NCBI GenBank assembly: GCA_951406725.2
Contig: OX597814.1
Location: 118,358,001-118,422,000, forward strand
Origin: Octopus vulgaris
Lineage: Eukaryota
Length of the DNA stretch: 64,000 nucleotides
Direction: 5' to 3'
Shown here: in pieces, positions 25,148 through 38,449 of the stretch
Numbering within the stretch: position 1 is the stretch's first letter
Layout: each line of letters starts with the position of its first letter
Program-made: the position numbers and the translations under genes
The notes under the pieces: model-generated
What the model saw: only the letters and a program-made list of their open reading frames with translations
Database searches by the model: none
What the model was told of the DNA's origin: nothing

Positions 25148-26834
25148 AAATTTGTAACGCATTTTAGTCGAATACATCGATTGCATATCGTGCATGTTAC
25201 AATGAATACGGAAAAATTAAATGTTGAAGACACCTACGTTTCATTACAGCACACTTCCTTTAGAACAGTAACAATGGCAAAAGCAGCAACAGAATATATG
25301 ACAGTTGTGTCTTCATGTTTTAGTAAAGAATTTAATAACCTGTAGCAAAGTTAATGTATTTAAATCAGCCGCCAGTTTAAAGTGTTCGTGTTAATAAAAT
25401 ATTGGTTGTGATAGATTTTCTTTTAAACAAAAGTTACCTTCATAAATCTAATTTATATAAATTTTTTTTCGAGACTTTCTCTACTATTCTATTTCCTATA
25501 CAAAATTGTATAGGTGTAAAGAGAAGTAATATTCATAGTTATAAATAATAATAATGCTATTGATTAAAATTTGTTAGTAATATTTACTCTCAAAAGGAAA
25601 AAATTAAATTTTGTAACATATGATATATAACATCATAACATTTTTTTATGCTGTACAGACAGACATTTAACAACAAAAGTAAATATATAAAATTAAGGTA
25701 TACGCAGACGTATTTATATATTTGTATACGCAGTATACAAACATACAAACACACACATAGCATATAAAGACAGAAACCACATACACATATACACACATAT
25801 ATATCAATATTTATATGTATATATGTATGTGCAAAACCAGAAGCCGTGTGAGCATGTGTGTATAAATAAATAAATATATATGAATATATATATGTTTTCT
25901 ATTTTACCTCTTTTAGCTTCTTTTTTTGCATTGGGCAGCGGTCATACCGAGATAAACACGCTCGTTCACTTTTTCATTGATCGTTTTAGTTAAATACCAA
26001 TTCCATCCTGGTTTTTATCTTATCAGCCAATCTTTGTAGAATGTGTAAACTCTGGAGGAAATATGAAGACTGCCAACTTCAAGAGACGCAGTGCAAAGAT
26101 TAGGTTTATATTTTTCCTTACGGGGTCAATCTTAAACCGAAATTTGCATCTGATTTACTTTTAGTACACAGAGGGTAAAATACCCACCCAAAAATTTAAG
26201 CCGAACAATGATATTACCTAACTACATAAAACAAACCACGCACACAGCATCAACAGCCTGCGCCCCACGGATCAACTTCTGAGCATTTATCTTGATTTAA
26301 ATATCACAATCTGAACACACTGTTTTCCCTATATTTTCTATAATGCTTTATTGTTTTGTATGCATGTTTTGTATCATTGTCTATCATTGTCTATGTCTAT
26401 ATCACTGAATATAAATATATCAGCATTGTTCGACCTCGGTCGAAACTTTAAAGTCTTTTCAAATGGCTAATAATGTGTGCGCGCGCCGCTACTACACACA
26501 TTGGAAAGCATTGTACAAACAAACACTAAAGAAGATTTTTCTTCCTCCATGAAACAAAGCTGTTCCCGCTGGATATCAACCCAGTATTTCTAAGGTGCGG
26601 ACCGAGTGATTTGTTGTAAGGTTATCTCCCTAGAGAGATTGCTTTCACTACGGCTAAGGAGCCCTTTCTACCCCACTGACACATGTTGTACTGGTTTACA
26701 GTTTACCAGTAGCAGGATCCGATGCTGCATACATCGGACCTGACCTGTGCCTCTACATATTATTTACGCCTGTGCATCACCGATGAAAGGCAGTATATTT
26801 GTTTGCGTAAACATGAATCTGTTTATATATACAT

Positions 26835-26865
<31 letters not shown>

Positions 26866-27229
26866 CATATGTACACACGCATGTATATATATATGTGTGT
26901 GTGTTTGTGTGTGAGCGTGTGTGCGTGCATGCTTGTTTATGTGTGTGTGTGTCAATGAGTGCGTATGTATATACATATATATCCATACACATACATACGC
27001 ATATATATTTTGAAGTCTACATTAAGAGCTGGAGAGAGACATATGTGCTTTTATGATTACATTATGTCGTTCCAAATGCGTCATTGGTTATTTTTATTCC
27101 AGAATTACCAAAGTTTTAATATTTATGTGTTTATGCAGCATTATATTTCCTATGTATTCAATAAAATTTTTTATGTAGTTACATAATTTATACTCATATA
27201 TTCACATTATATTTAAATTCATGTATTCA

Positions 27230-27262
27230 CATAAATCTAATATATATATATATGTCTGTGTT

Positions 27263-27303
<41 letters not shown>

Positions 27304-27377
27304 GTGTGTGTGTATGTATGTATTTTTTGGTATATACATATATATATATGTGTGTGTGTATATGTATGTATTTTTTA

Positions 27378-27417
<40 letters not shown>

Positions 27418-27532
27418 GGTATATATATGTGTATATATATATCTTTGTGTATGTAAATATATATGTATGCATATACATACATATATATATATATGTATGC
27501 ATATACATACATATATATATATATGTATGCAT

Positions 27533-27615
<83 letters not shown>

Positions 27616-27625
27616 TATATATACA
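27230..27625. repeat. Compound (AT)n/(GT)n microsatellite with three ~30-bp higher-order units
   Basis: atatatatgtatgcatatacatac repeated at about 27460-27545. Confidence 0.9.
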
Positions 27626-28281
27626 TGTCCATCTGCGTATGTAATGTATACTTTCTTTCAAATATTATCTTAAAACTTTCGTGCTTGCTGAAAACTTTTC
27701 AAAATAGCGCTTGTACATATGTAAATAAAACATTCCACATTGCTCTTGCTCTTGCCTCACAAGCATGCTGTCATGCATTCTGTCTAATCGATTGCGTACT
27801 TCCATACACACTCAGGCCTGACCCTATATTTCCACTTGCTAATGTCAATTTAAAACCACACCAGCGACCCGCTACATATATAGAAACATGAAACTAACAC
27901 ACTCCGCAGTCTCTTTTCGTGCCTGACGTCTTATACAATTTCCTCGTACTATCCCTATTCAAAATATTTAGCAATATAAGCTTGTGTATATCGAAACTTT
28001 GATACGTAAGTGAAATAGTTGACCAAATAGCAACGTTCAAAATGGAGTGTTAAATAGGAGTGCATTCAAAGAAAAACTACAAAACATTAATGAGGGACCA
28101 CAAGAAACAATGAACAAAGGAAACAAATAAAATCGCGTTTCAACCATCCATGAAACAGTGTAGAAACAAGTGTAGCGAAAGCTTTGTCAGTATTTGTTAG
28201 CAAGTAATTCCTAACAAAACATAAACAACAAATTCTTAAAAAGGAACAACATAAACATTATCTATATGTGCAGAAAATATG

Positions 28282-28341
<60 letters not shown>

Positions 28342-28389
28342 AAACAATCAAAAATAGAAAATGGTAAAATAATTTTATAGTGAACATTT

Positions 28390-28427
28390 CAGTACCGGTT
28401 TCGGTCATTTTGAGACCTTTTCAACTG
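28390..28427 (-). ncRNA. Minimal type I hammerhead (U3:A8 core variant)
   Basis: CAG-TTGAAAA-GGTC TCAAAAT GACC-GAAAC-CG-GTA-CTG. Confidence 0.7.
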
Positions 28428-28544
28428 TAACGATTAAATAATTAAATTTAGAAAAATTAGAAGAAAAGTTTTTTTAAAAGAATATTTCTATAGTAGTGTT
28501 CAGATTTAAGTGGCATTCTGCCTTTCTCTGACTCCCTTGTTTGC

Positions 28545-28593
28545 ACTTGTGTGTCGGAGGTCGTTGTGTCACAACGACCTCCGACACACAAGT
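28545..28593. repeat. Perfect 24-bp-arm palindrome
   Basis: acttgtgtgtcggaggtcgttgtg-t-cacaacgacctccgacacacaagt. Confidence 0.95.
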
Positions 28594-29413
28594 CTAAACA
28601 ACAAAGTCAGAGCATTTTCTATTTTTGACTTGTTTTTTCATATATATCAACTCGTGTGTTCCTTTTCACCCTTATACATATATATATATATATATATATC
28701 ATAAAACCATTTATCAGTAACAATATGGAATGACGTGTAGACCCAGCTAGAAACATTTGCAAATTCCCCGGAACAAGTATAAAACCATTACAGAGAAAAT
28801 ATTTAACCAACATTTACATTATTTTAAGCAACACTGTCACAGATAGTAGATACCAGAAGGCCTTCCATTGGCATCACAACCAGAATATTCAGAGCGCGGA
28901 TAAACATTTCACAAATGTAATACATGGCAGTGTCACTGTCCGCATTAATTCTCATCTGGGATCCATTTGGCCCATGAAGATCCGTATCAGACTTTTGGTG
29001 GTCCGCGCAACAACATAATAATTGACTATCCACATTAATATTTTAAGAGCCCCTGAAAAATTTCACTTTAGATGTTTTTATTGTTATAACATTTTAACAT
29101 AGTACAACCTACACAAGTTAATGTGTGAATAACAAAATAGGAATGATGAGAGAAGTATATATAAAACTAATTTCTGAACATGGCTAGGAGGGGTCCACCA
29201 GAACAAACAGTAACCAAAGGGAACCAGAAATAAAACGAAGGTTGAGAACCCCTGGTGTAAAGCATCTGAAGATAATTGAATATATATCAAATAGCAGGAG
29301 GCGGAGAAAGTCTGCCTCTAAACATAATATGTGCGACAATTGTTACTGCATTTGCTATGGATTGCGGTTATATCCCAGCTGCATCTAGTTATCCCGCTAT
29401 ATTTTGTAACAGT

Positions 29414-29507
<94 letters not shown>

Positions 29508-29513
29508 TAGATG

Positions 29514-29585
<72 letters not shown>

Positions 29586-29599
29586 CAACTACACACATC

Positions 29600-29745
29600 G
29601 CACGAGTAAGCACACAAATGCAAATCAAGGTGGAACAAGTAGAACTCGAATACCGAAGGTAGAGTAATATACAGTTTTATTAAACCTGCAAAAAACATCA
29701 CAAAAAAATACCCAGTGTTTGACGTTCCCGTTCGTCGGGCAACCC
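29600..29745 (-). mobile_element. Family A short Penelope-like element, diverged copy
   Basis: cacacaaatg..aggtgga..aatacc..tagagtaatat..ttcgtcgg is shared with 70-240. Follows (AT)n(AGAT)n. Confidence 0.6.
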
Positions 29746-29832
29746 ATGACAAACAGTTGTTTGACTCTTATTTCTAGAATTGCCTGTGTTGATTTGGACC
29801 CTTAGTCACTTTATTGACGTTTTTACTTACAC

Positions 29833-29868
<36 letters not shown>

Positions 29869-30873
29869 GCACAAGCACACGCACATACACACATAGAAAC
29901 ACACACACACGCACATACACACACAGGAACATACACACACGCACACGAACAGACACACATATACACATGCACAATGTTGAAAAGGGGAGCTCGAATAGAA
30001 ATATTTTTTTTATATATAAAAGTCGTATAAATAGATTTAGATATCTTCGTTTTTTCAAATATCACATACACGCTGTAAGTGGCTCAGTGTAACACTACGT
30101 GGAATGTTTCTCTATTAGAAATTGCTGACATTATCCAGCTGGCAGTACAAAGGAGCGGCAACTCTATAATTAATATGAGCAATGGTGAGCACTACTGATC
30201 GTAAATCACATTATAGCGCTATAGTGATAGTTTTACTCCATAAGCAGGTTGTAATCCATTTAATGAAAACTAATGCGTGTGTAGCAGAAGTGTGTAATAC
30301 TTTTATATGTTTGTTTGTTTAAGCTTAAATACCGCAGAGTGGGTTCACCAGACCTTTCCTTTCCCTCGAGTCACATGATCCTGTAGCTTGCCAAACTAGT
30401 TGTATGCATTGGTCGGTTACTAACTATCCAATCGCATGTTTGGAGCAGTTTGTTTTCAATTCAGGAAAAAGAAAACCTTTGTCTCTGGGGCCTTCCCAGT
30501 GTAAAAAAACTCTTGTAGTCCGCCTTGTTAGGTCTTTTGCCGCAGCCATTGAATATACACCACGTCTGTTTGGACCAGCGATGATGAACAACAAATCCAG
30601 TCTCAAAGCTTTAAGCCAGCTTTCTCCGGTTTTCATTGTTTCCACAACAGACAGCAGACCACAGCCACATCAACAGACTCAGAAGAACTGAAGTCATTTA
30701 AATCTTTGTTCCAGAATGTAATATAATCATCATACTCTTTTGGCAATCTTATTTTTATAAAGAGAGGAGTAAACCATAGCTTATTCAACCTTTCCCAATC
30801 TTAGTGTTTGCTACATCTTTTTCCGTTATACGTGTTTTATATACTATCGGAGCTCAATTACAGGCAATAATAA

Positions 30874-32160
30874 TCAGGTCATTCCATAAGTTCTGTCCGA
30901 ATTTTGAATAAAGAAAACGACTGATGAAATGTTATATCTAATTGAAATTTAATCATCAATGTACTTTCCCTGATTATCTATGACTTCCTTCCCGCTACTT
31001 ACAAGCTTTTTAATCCCATCAATATAAAACTCTTTTGATTTCAAAGCGAAGAACTCAATAATGTCAGTTTCGACCTTCTCCTGGCTTGCAAAAGTTACGT
31101 CCCCCAAATGATTCTGTAAACTACGAACCAAATGATAGTCTGAAGGAGCATGATCGAGGGAATAATGTGGATGAGGAATTTTTTCCAAACCAAGCTCTTC
31201 GATCTTCTGTGATGTGATATTTCAGTGTGAGATCACACATTGTCCTGATGAAACATCATTCCTTTTCGATTCACTAAAGCGGGTTTTTTTCTTCAAAGTT
31301 TGGTTGAAACGCTCTAATTGCTGACAGAAGACTTGAGCGCTGATTGTTGCATTAAGTGGTAACAATTCAAAGTGAATTACTCCTTTGCCATCCCACCAGA
31401 TAGAAAGAGGAATCTTTTTTTCCCATGAAGTTCCGTTCTTGGTTGTGGTTGAGCTTTTTCCCTTTTACCAACCCACCGTTTACGACGTTTAACATTTCGA
31501 TAGATGATCCGTTTCTCGACAACTGTCACAACTCTATCCAAAAAGGGTGAGATGAGTTCACGAGAATGGAGAAAAGAGCAGATGTCAACTCTGGATTTGC
31601 GGTTGCTTTCGGACAATTTATGAGGCACACATTTTCCAAATTTAGGAACCGTTCCAAGTTGTTGAAGATGACGATGAACTGTTGTATGGTTTGAACTAAG
31701 CTTTATTGCCAATTCTTCAACTTATAATGTAGGAATTTCTTCATGTGATGCCTCAAGGAGCTTATCATCAAACTCAACTGTACCTCATGCTCGATCTTCA
31801 TCTTCGAGGCTGAAATCTCTTCTGAATTTTGCAAACCATCTACTGCAGGTTCTTTCATTCAAGCATTCTTTCCCATAAAGTGAGTATATGTTTCGAGTTG
31901 CTTCGGCTGCAGAGTTTCCTTTTTTTGTACTCATAAAGCATTATGTGCCTTAAATGCTCTTTCGATACTTCCATGTTAGAAAGGGCTTTAAATGAAAGAA
32001 ATTTTAATTCTATTATTCTGTAAAATAATATTTAATTAGTTTAAATGTACACAAATGCATAAAAATATTTTATTAATTCTATTGGACATTCTAAAATACT
32101 ATTAAATTTCATTCAATTTTAAAGAAGGTGAAATCGGACAGAACTTATGGGATGACTTCA
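30874..32160 (-). mobile_element. Full-length (about 1.29 kb) mariner DNA transposon
   Basis: TIRs tcaggtcattccataagttctgtccga and tcggacagaacttatgggatgacttca, with TA dinucleotides near the ends. Confidence 0.92.
30949..31974 (-). pseudogene. Mariner DD34D transposase, frameshifted
   Basis: MEVSKEHLRHIMLYEY start, CVPHKL (WVPHEL), VTVVEKR (TGDEKW), YSLDHAPSDYHL (YSPDLAPSDY). Split over several frames. Confidence 0.92.
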
Positions 32161-33453
32161 TATTTACTCTAACATCACCTGCTGCAAATAATTATCTTAG
32201 TAATATTAAGCGTTTTGCTCTACGTTTCAGCTGTTGAAATTATCAAAATACTTTGTGTAAAAGGGGTTGACTCTCTCGATCTCTTAATGTTTGACTCCAG
32301 AAAGTTTCAATGCCGACATCTCTTTACTGTGAAACCGCGATGGCGTGAGGGAGTGAAGACACTCTCAAATGCGGGCGAAATGGAGTGGATTCTACAAAAG
32401 GCAGCTAAGGATTAAGCCTACCGGCCGAGATTGAATCTTCGACAGTATTTGCAATCAGAATGCAAAGGGCCCAGATAAATGCCATAAGATATCCAGACCA
32501 ATATGTGTACTGTCCCAAAGATCTGAATTAGCAATTCTTTTTTATCGAAATCGAATGGATTAGAGGTTAAAATGAACGCAATTGCCGTTGACTTCTAAGA
32601 AAAGCGAGTCAGTCAGAGTTTGAACCCCTTCCTCGCTCTCGCATATTACATCTTTATCGACGTGAAAATAATGAAAATAAAATTAATTTCGGTGGGATTC
32701 GAACTCACAAATAAGCTGAATTTACTGCAACCATATAGAATTGATACAACACTAATATTCTGTCGAGGATTCACACACTACAACCCCATAGCTAACTGGT
32801 GAAAGCACGTTGCAGAGCAGGTTCCAATAGTTCGTGAATTGTGATGCTTTTTAGTTCACCTCATTGCAGGTATGCGTGCATCATTATTGTATTGTTGTGG
32901 TGTCCAAATTTGTTCAAATATATGTATCCGACGAAGGTAGGATCTATTCTGAGGTACATGTGTCTCGTCTATGCAGCTAGTACATAACGAATAAAGCAAA
33001 TTTAAGCTACTACATTTGAACACAATACAGGAAAACATAGAAGAGAGAATACTGTATGAACACTGATATAACATTGCAACAAAATTGAATTCCATATAAT
33101 GAAAGAGACGAATTATCAAATCAAATAACATACAATAAATAAATAAACGGAGATACTGCACTGGGCACGGCTACCGAGTTTCAGAAATGAAATGAACTGA
33201 GGTATCAGGATGTCGGTATGTAGCTGCGATTATCACCTTCACTCCATCGAGTTTACCTAACGACACCGAATTCAATTGTAACCAATGAAGCATCTTCGAG
33301 AAAACAAAGTGAATACAATTTGTAGATACAAATTGTATACCAATGGGGAGTAAGAATCTTTTGTTGAAAGATCACAGCGCATATATACACACATATATGT
33401 ACTACGTATGTAGGTGTGCATGAATGTATGTATGTATATATGTGTGTGGATAT

Positions 33454-33492
<39 letters not shown>

Positions 33493-35201
33493 TATGTACT
33501 TGCGTATGTATACGCATAATATACAGAAGTGTGTATATATAAATAGCTGCATTAAATATATATATATATTTATATGTGTGTGTGTGTGTGTATGTGTGTG
33601 TATATATATGTATACATAAACCATACATATCGTGTGATATCACAGTAAGTTCCCCCACCACCTGCAAGATAATTCCCGCATTGGTTAACAAAGGTCACCA
33701 CAGTGGTACTATAAACTCTTTAGTGGAACATTCTTTAGAAATACGCATATTCGCTGCATCTTTTATCGACACACCAACATGTACATGCACACGCTTACAC
33801 AGACACATACTCAGGCACGAACAATAGCATACTACTGAGATATGTGTAAACATGCGTATTTCAATTTATATATAAAATTAAATACACACACACACACACA
33901 CTTATATATATTCCTCTGAATGTATGTATACACATGTATATGCATATACACATACATAAATGCATATACATATAATTACATGTGTATATATATTTATATA
34001 TATATATATATGTATATATGTATATTATATATATATATACATATATACATATATGTATATTATATATATACATATATATATACACATATATACATACATT
34101 CCTTTGAATATGTAAAGAGTTCAAAATCAACGTTTGTTTAGATCTACGTGTGGGTATCCATTTGTGAGAAAATAGTCATGAATCTCCCGTATACGAATTA
34201 TAGCGGCGTGATTGTGCTCGTGGGCGTATAGATATATGCATATATATATATATACATACATACTTACCGTCCTTGACTTTTACTGTGATTATGTTATATA
34301 CATTACGTGAGTTATTTGCAACATACACACAAAAAAAAACTTACGCAAAAAACTTCATATATATGTATATGAAACATTGATCTGAGGGCAGTAATTTTAT
34401 TTACACCTTAAGTGTGGTGTTTTGAAGTTTTCCCATTCCAACTTGCGATTGGAACATCAATCTTACTCTCTTATGCAGACCGATTCAATTATAAGTGGAG
34501 AACATTGCATGAAGGTGATATGATAATCTGTAGATTTATCATCGACGTAGAATATATTAAATTAACAGGGACAGGTTTATCTAAAGCTTGTTCGTAAATT
34601 ACACTTAAAACGTTCCTTTATGAGTAGATAATACAATGCACCCTTAAAATTTATGTTCCTGGTTGTTTCGTTATATTCCTGGCTGGTTCCTTTATATATG
34701 ATGTTGGACAATATTCTTAGGAAATATCATTCTTGGAATATTATTCAGTATATAATGCATCTGAGATTAATATTAACATATGTATTTCTATTACCGAACT
34801 CACGAAACGTGAATTTTTTTCCAGAGATTCTATCGTAATTACGGTTGGTGTATTCATTGAAGTACCTGATTTAATTGTTTTTGTTCTGTTTGTCCCATAG
34901 CATTCCTATTCATATTTGCTTCACTGAAAATAATTGAAACCGGTTACATATTTTAATAACAGTTAGGAGCATTCATGGTAGAATGTTTACTACGTCGGAC
35001 ACAATGCTTTGCGGTATTTCCTCTGGACTTAAGTTCTGAGTTTAAATTCTGTCGGGGCCGAACTTGTCTTTCATTCGATCGGGTTCTATAAAATATGTAC
35101 CAATTGATCACTTCGATGAAATCAGCTAATTCGCCCCTTAAAATTTATTTACCCAACCCACTGTAGAGAGGATTATTCATTTTACTAATATGTAAAGCAG
35201 T

Positions 35202-35510
35202 GGAGGCACATGGCTTAGTGGTTAGAGTAGTGAACTCGCGCTCGAGGGATCACAGGTTTGAATTTCAGACCGGGCGATGTGTGTGTTTATAAGCGAAAGA
35301 GCTAATCTCCACGCGGCTCCAGCAGAAGGTAATGACGAACTTCATCTGACTCTTTCGCCACAACGCTCTCTCACTCTTTCCTCCTGTATCTTGCAGCTCA
35401 CCTGCGACGGACCGGCATCCCGTCCAGGTGGGGAAGCTATACGTCAAGGAAAAGAGGAAACCGGTGCTAATGAGCCAGGCTTGGTTCGAGAAGGAACAAA
35501 CAATATGTAA
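35202..35510 (+). mobile_element. tRNA-derived SINE type 2
   Basis: ggaggcacatggcttagtggttagag..ggtttgaatttc head, homologous to 59940-60013. Confidence 0.7.
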
Positions 35511-35984
35511 AGCATTTAAGAGAGGGTCGTTTGTATGTTGCACAAAGTGCCTTGCGGCATTTCGACTGCCATAACGTTCTAAGTCCAAATTCCACAGAGA
35601 TCTACTTTGTCTCGCATAATTTCGAATAAATATATTAGTATGTTTGTATCATTGGGTTTGTGGCTTTGTTTCTCTCTACTATTTCTTGATAACCGTTGTT
35701 GTCTTGTTTACGTTCCTGTAACTTAGGGGTTCATCAAATCTGATGATAGAGCAAGTACCAGAATTTACACAAATAAGTACAGGGATCGATGTGTTTGAAT
35801 AAACCCTACAAGGTGGCGTCCCAGCATGGCAGCAGTATAATGTCTGAAACAGGTAACAAATTTCGTTTCTCTAAATATTGTTTTCTGTAATTCGTTCTAA
35901 GTCAAAAGCATAAATATCACTGAAGCATTAAAAATATATTTCCAAAGCATTTTTAGACTTAAACAGAGTGAGAATCTAGATTAG

Positions 35985-35986
<2 letters not shown>

Positions 35987-36052
<66 letters not shown>

Positions 36053-36089
36053 TAATAATAATGATAATAATAATATTATTATTATTATG
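35987..36089. repeat. (TAA)n microsatellite followed by (GAT)n
   Basis: Directly visible. Confidence 0.95.
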
Positions 36090-36329
36090 AGTAAATATAC
36101 GTTGTATTAATTTACTCAAGCAGCAACTATAATCTGTAGAAGACAAAATGTATTTGTAATAATGTTGCTATTGCAACTGATGATGGTGGTGGTGATGATG
36201 ATGATGATGATGAGGATGATGATGATGATGATGACGACGACAATGAAGACGGCGACGACTACGACGATGATGACACTCCCGATGATTATATAGATGATAT
36301 CAAGTTGTATGTCACAAGTGTTAAAAATC

Positions 36330-37570
36330 AAAGTATGAGCATTACTAAAGAGAATACACGGATTTAACAAAGGAATGAACAAGAAATTCGGTTTAGAAAA
36401 ATGCGCCCATTTAACATTAAAGATATGGAAGTTAATTAAGAACACTAATCGCGTATAAAGAAATTGAGATAAGAGAATGAAACCAAACAAAGATATAGAG
36501 ATAATTAGAAATCAATGATCTAAGTATTTTATAAGACGCGAAAGAACGAAAAGATTAGACAGAAATATTATTGATGAAGTAGAAGAGAGGGCTGCAAAAT
36601 ATAAAGTAATGGACATCAATATTGGAGCTCTCCCAGCAAGAATTTTAATATTTTGATATTAACTGGGTATCAACGGATATAGCAATGGGAGGCTGAAATT
36701 CCAGCAAATTAACTATGCGGTTAGAATACATTAAAAGCTATCTGATATTGAAAAAGTATATCCCAGGTATGGAAGGTGGTAGTGATTTTGTATAACCTGA
36801 AAACTGTTCCTTTAATATCTAGAACAAAAGTGTGGAATATTAAACAAATAGCTTTGTAAATTGGATAAAAAAAGTCTTCTAAACCAACGAATAGAAAACA
36901 AATGCTTCAAATACAGATAGGTATGAAGAAAAGGAGAAACGTTAGAAATAGGGAATTCGGTAAAATCTAAATGGAAAATAGAGACACAAACCATCATGAT
37001 AAAACAATGGCATATAAAGACCTTCCATGGGCATACCGGAGAGAAAAACAATGATAGGTGCATTTCTTAAAGAATAATTCCATTGATTGATGAGAAGCGC
37101 AAGTTTCAAAACAGAATCAGATCTTTTGATTGCGACACGGAACACATGATTCCTCACCAGAAATCACCGAGAGCATATAATGATGTATATTATACAAACT
37201 ATAGAATATGTGAAAATGGTGATTATTTCCATTGCTTCTGACTGCCAATAAATCCTTTGTCACTAAAGAACATAGACGGGCATAAGATTGTTACGAAATA
37301 AATTCACTGGACATTATGACAATATATATGATATACCAAAATAAATGCATGGTGTAATCATACACCGTTTCTGATAATCAGAAAGCAACCATATTTTGTG
37401 AATAAGCAGCGGGAACAAGAGCAATCGACGAGATGTTGTTGTTAAAACCCACGAAGTAAAGAAATGTCAACTAATCGACATATCATTCCCAACAGATAAT
37501 ACTGCATTTCTCAAAAATAATGGAGAAATTACCCACATATAAAGATCTCGATATTGAGAATTTGAGGCAT
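36330..37570 (+). pseudogene. Highly decayed R4/Dong-type LINE (RT C-terminus to RLE)
   Basis: Fragments KFGLEKCA, KQW..HG.Y, KTESDLLIA..TRN, IHW, LIDISFPTDN..EKLPTYKDLDIE. Confidence 0.7.
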
Positions 37571-38449
37571 GAAAACAACGGCTATTGTTTTCTCACTGCC
37601 TGCTCATGCCTAGGTGTCCTATCAGAGACAGATAACGATGAGGTACTTCTTATAACCTCTCTGCTCGATTTTCTCACGAGAGGGAAAATTAGCGTCTTAA
37701 GATTCATACAGATACGCTATAGAAGATTGTTGTATGATATCGTCTTGTAGAACTGGATGATTGTCTCCTGCTGTTCAGTCATCTTAGTCGACTGACTCTG
37801 TAGAGGTACACATTTAAAACTCTGTTGAGAACTATCAATGAATATCTACCATTCATTGGGTACATATTTTTATAAAGCAAATTATTCAGCAAAACTTAAC
37901 ATTGTTATAAAAAGAAACAAATTATATTTCTCTATTGCAATAGGACCTAGTTTGGTACATACATTCTCTCACTAACAAGATGTGCTAAAAGCAAATGAAG
38001 GTCAAATACTAATTCACGTATATTAGTGGTTGTGTGCATGGTAGAAATATACGGATGCACAATCGTACAGAATGGAGGAAATGAAACAAATATGGACGAC
38101 ATGCTCCAAAACACCACCGAGTTCTGAAAACTGTTCACAAAAATAATCGTCAATTGCCCCACCCCACCCCCAAATTCCTCTGTCATTAGAATCTACATAG
38201 TCCGATGTATATTTCTAGAGGATTTCATTTAAAAATATCAATTGTCTTGAAAGCTAAGCGGAATTGTAATTTTCCGTCGAATTTTCCGAAATTCCCCAGC
38301 CCATCCTCTCCTAAAATACTCCCTCCCCCAGTTGTTTTATATGCGGAATATAGATGACATGACACATATTCGTAAAAAATGTTATTAAAAAATATCCATT
38401 TTCTTGAAAGTTATGATCATCCAAATTCGGGTTGGTGGAGAAATCTGTA

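Noticed and set aside
26428-26456. ttcgacc-tc-ggtcgaaac-tttaaa-gtc, a hammerhead 3' half with palindromic stem III
   Set aside because: No convincing CUGANGA or stem I upstream, so it was not counted.
29190-29254. hAT-like terminus gttgagaacccctg
   Set aside because: No matching left TIR or TSD identified. At most a fragment.
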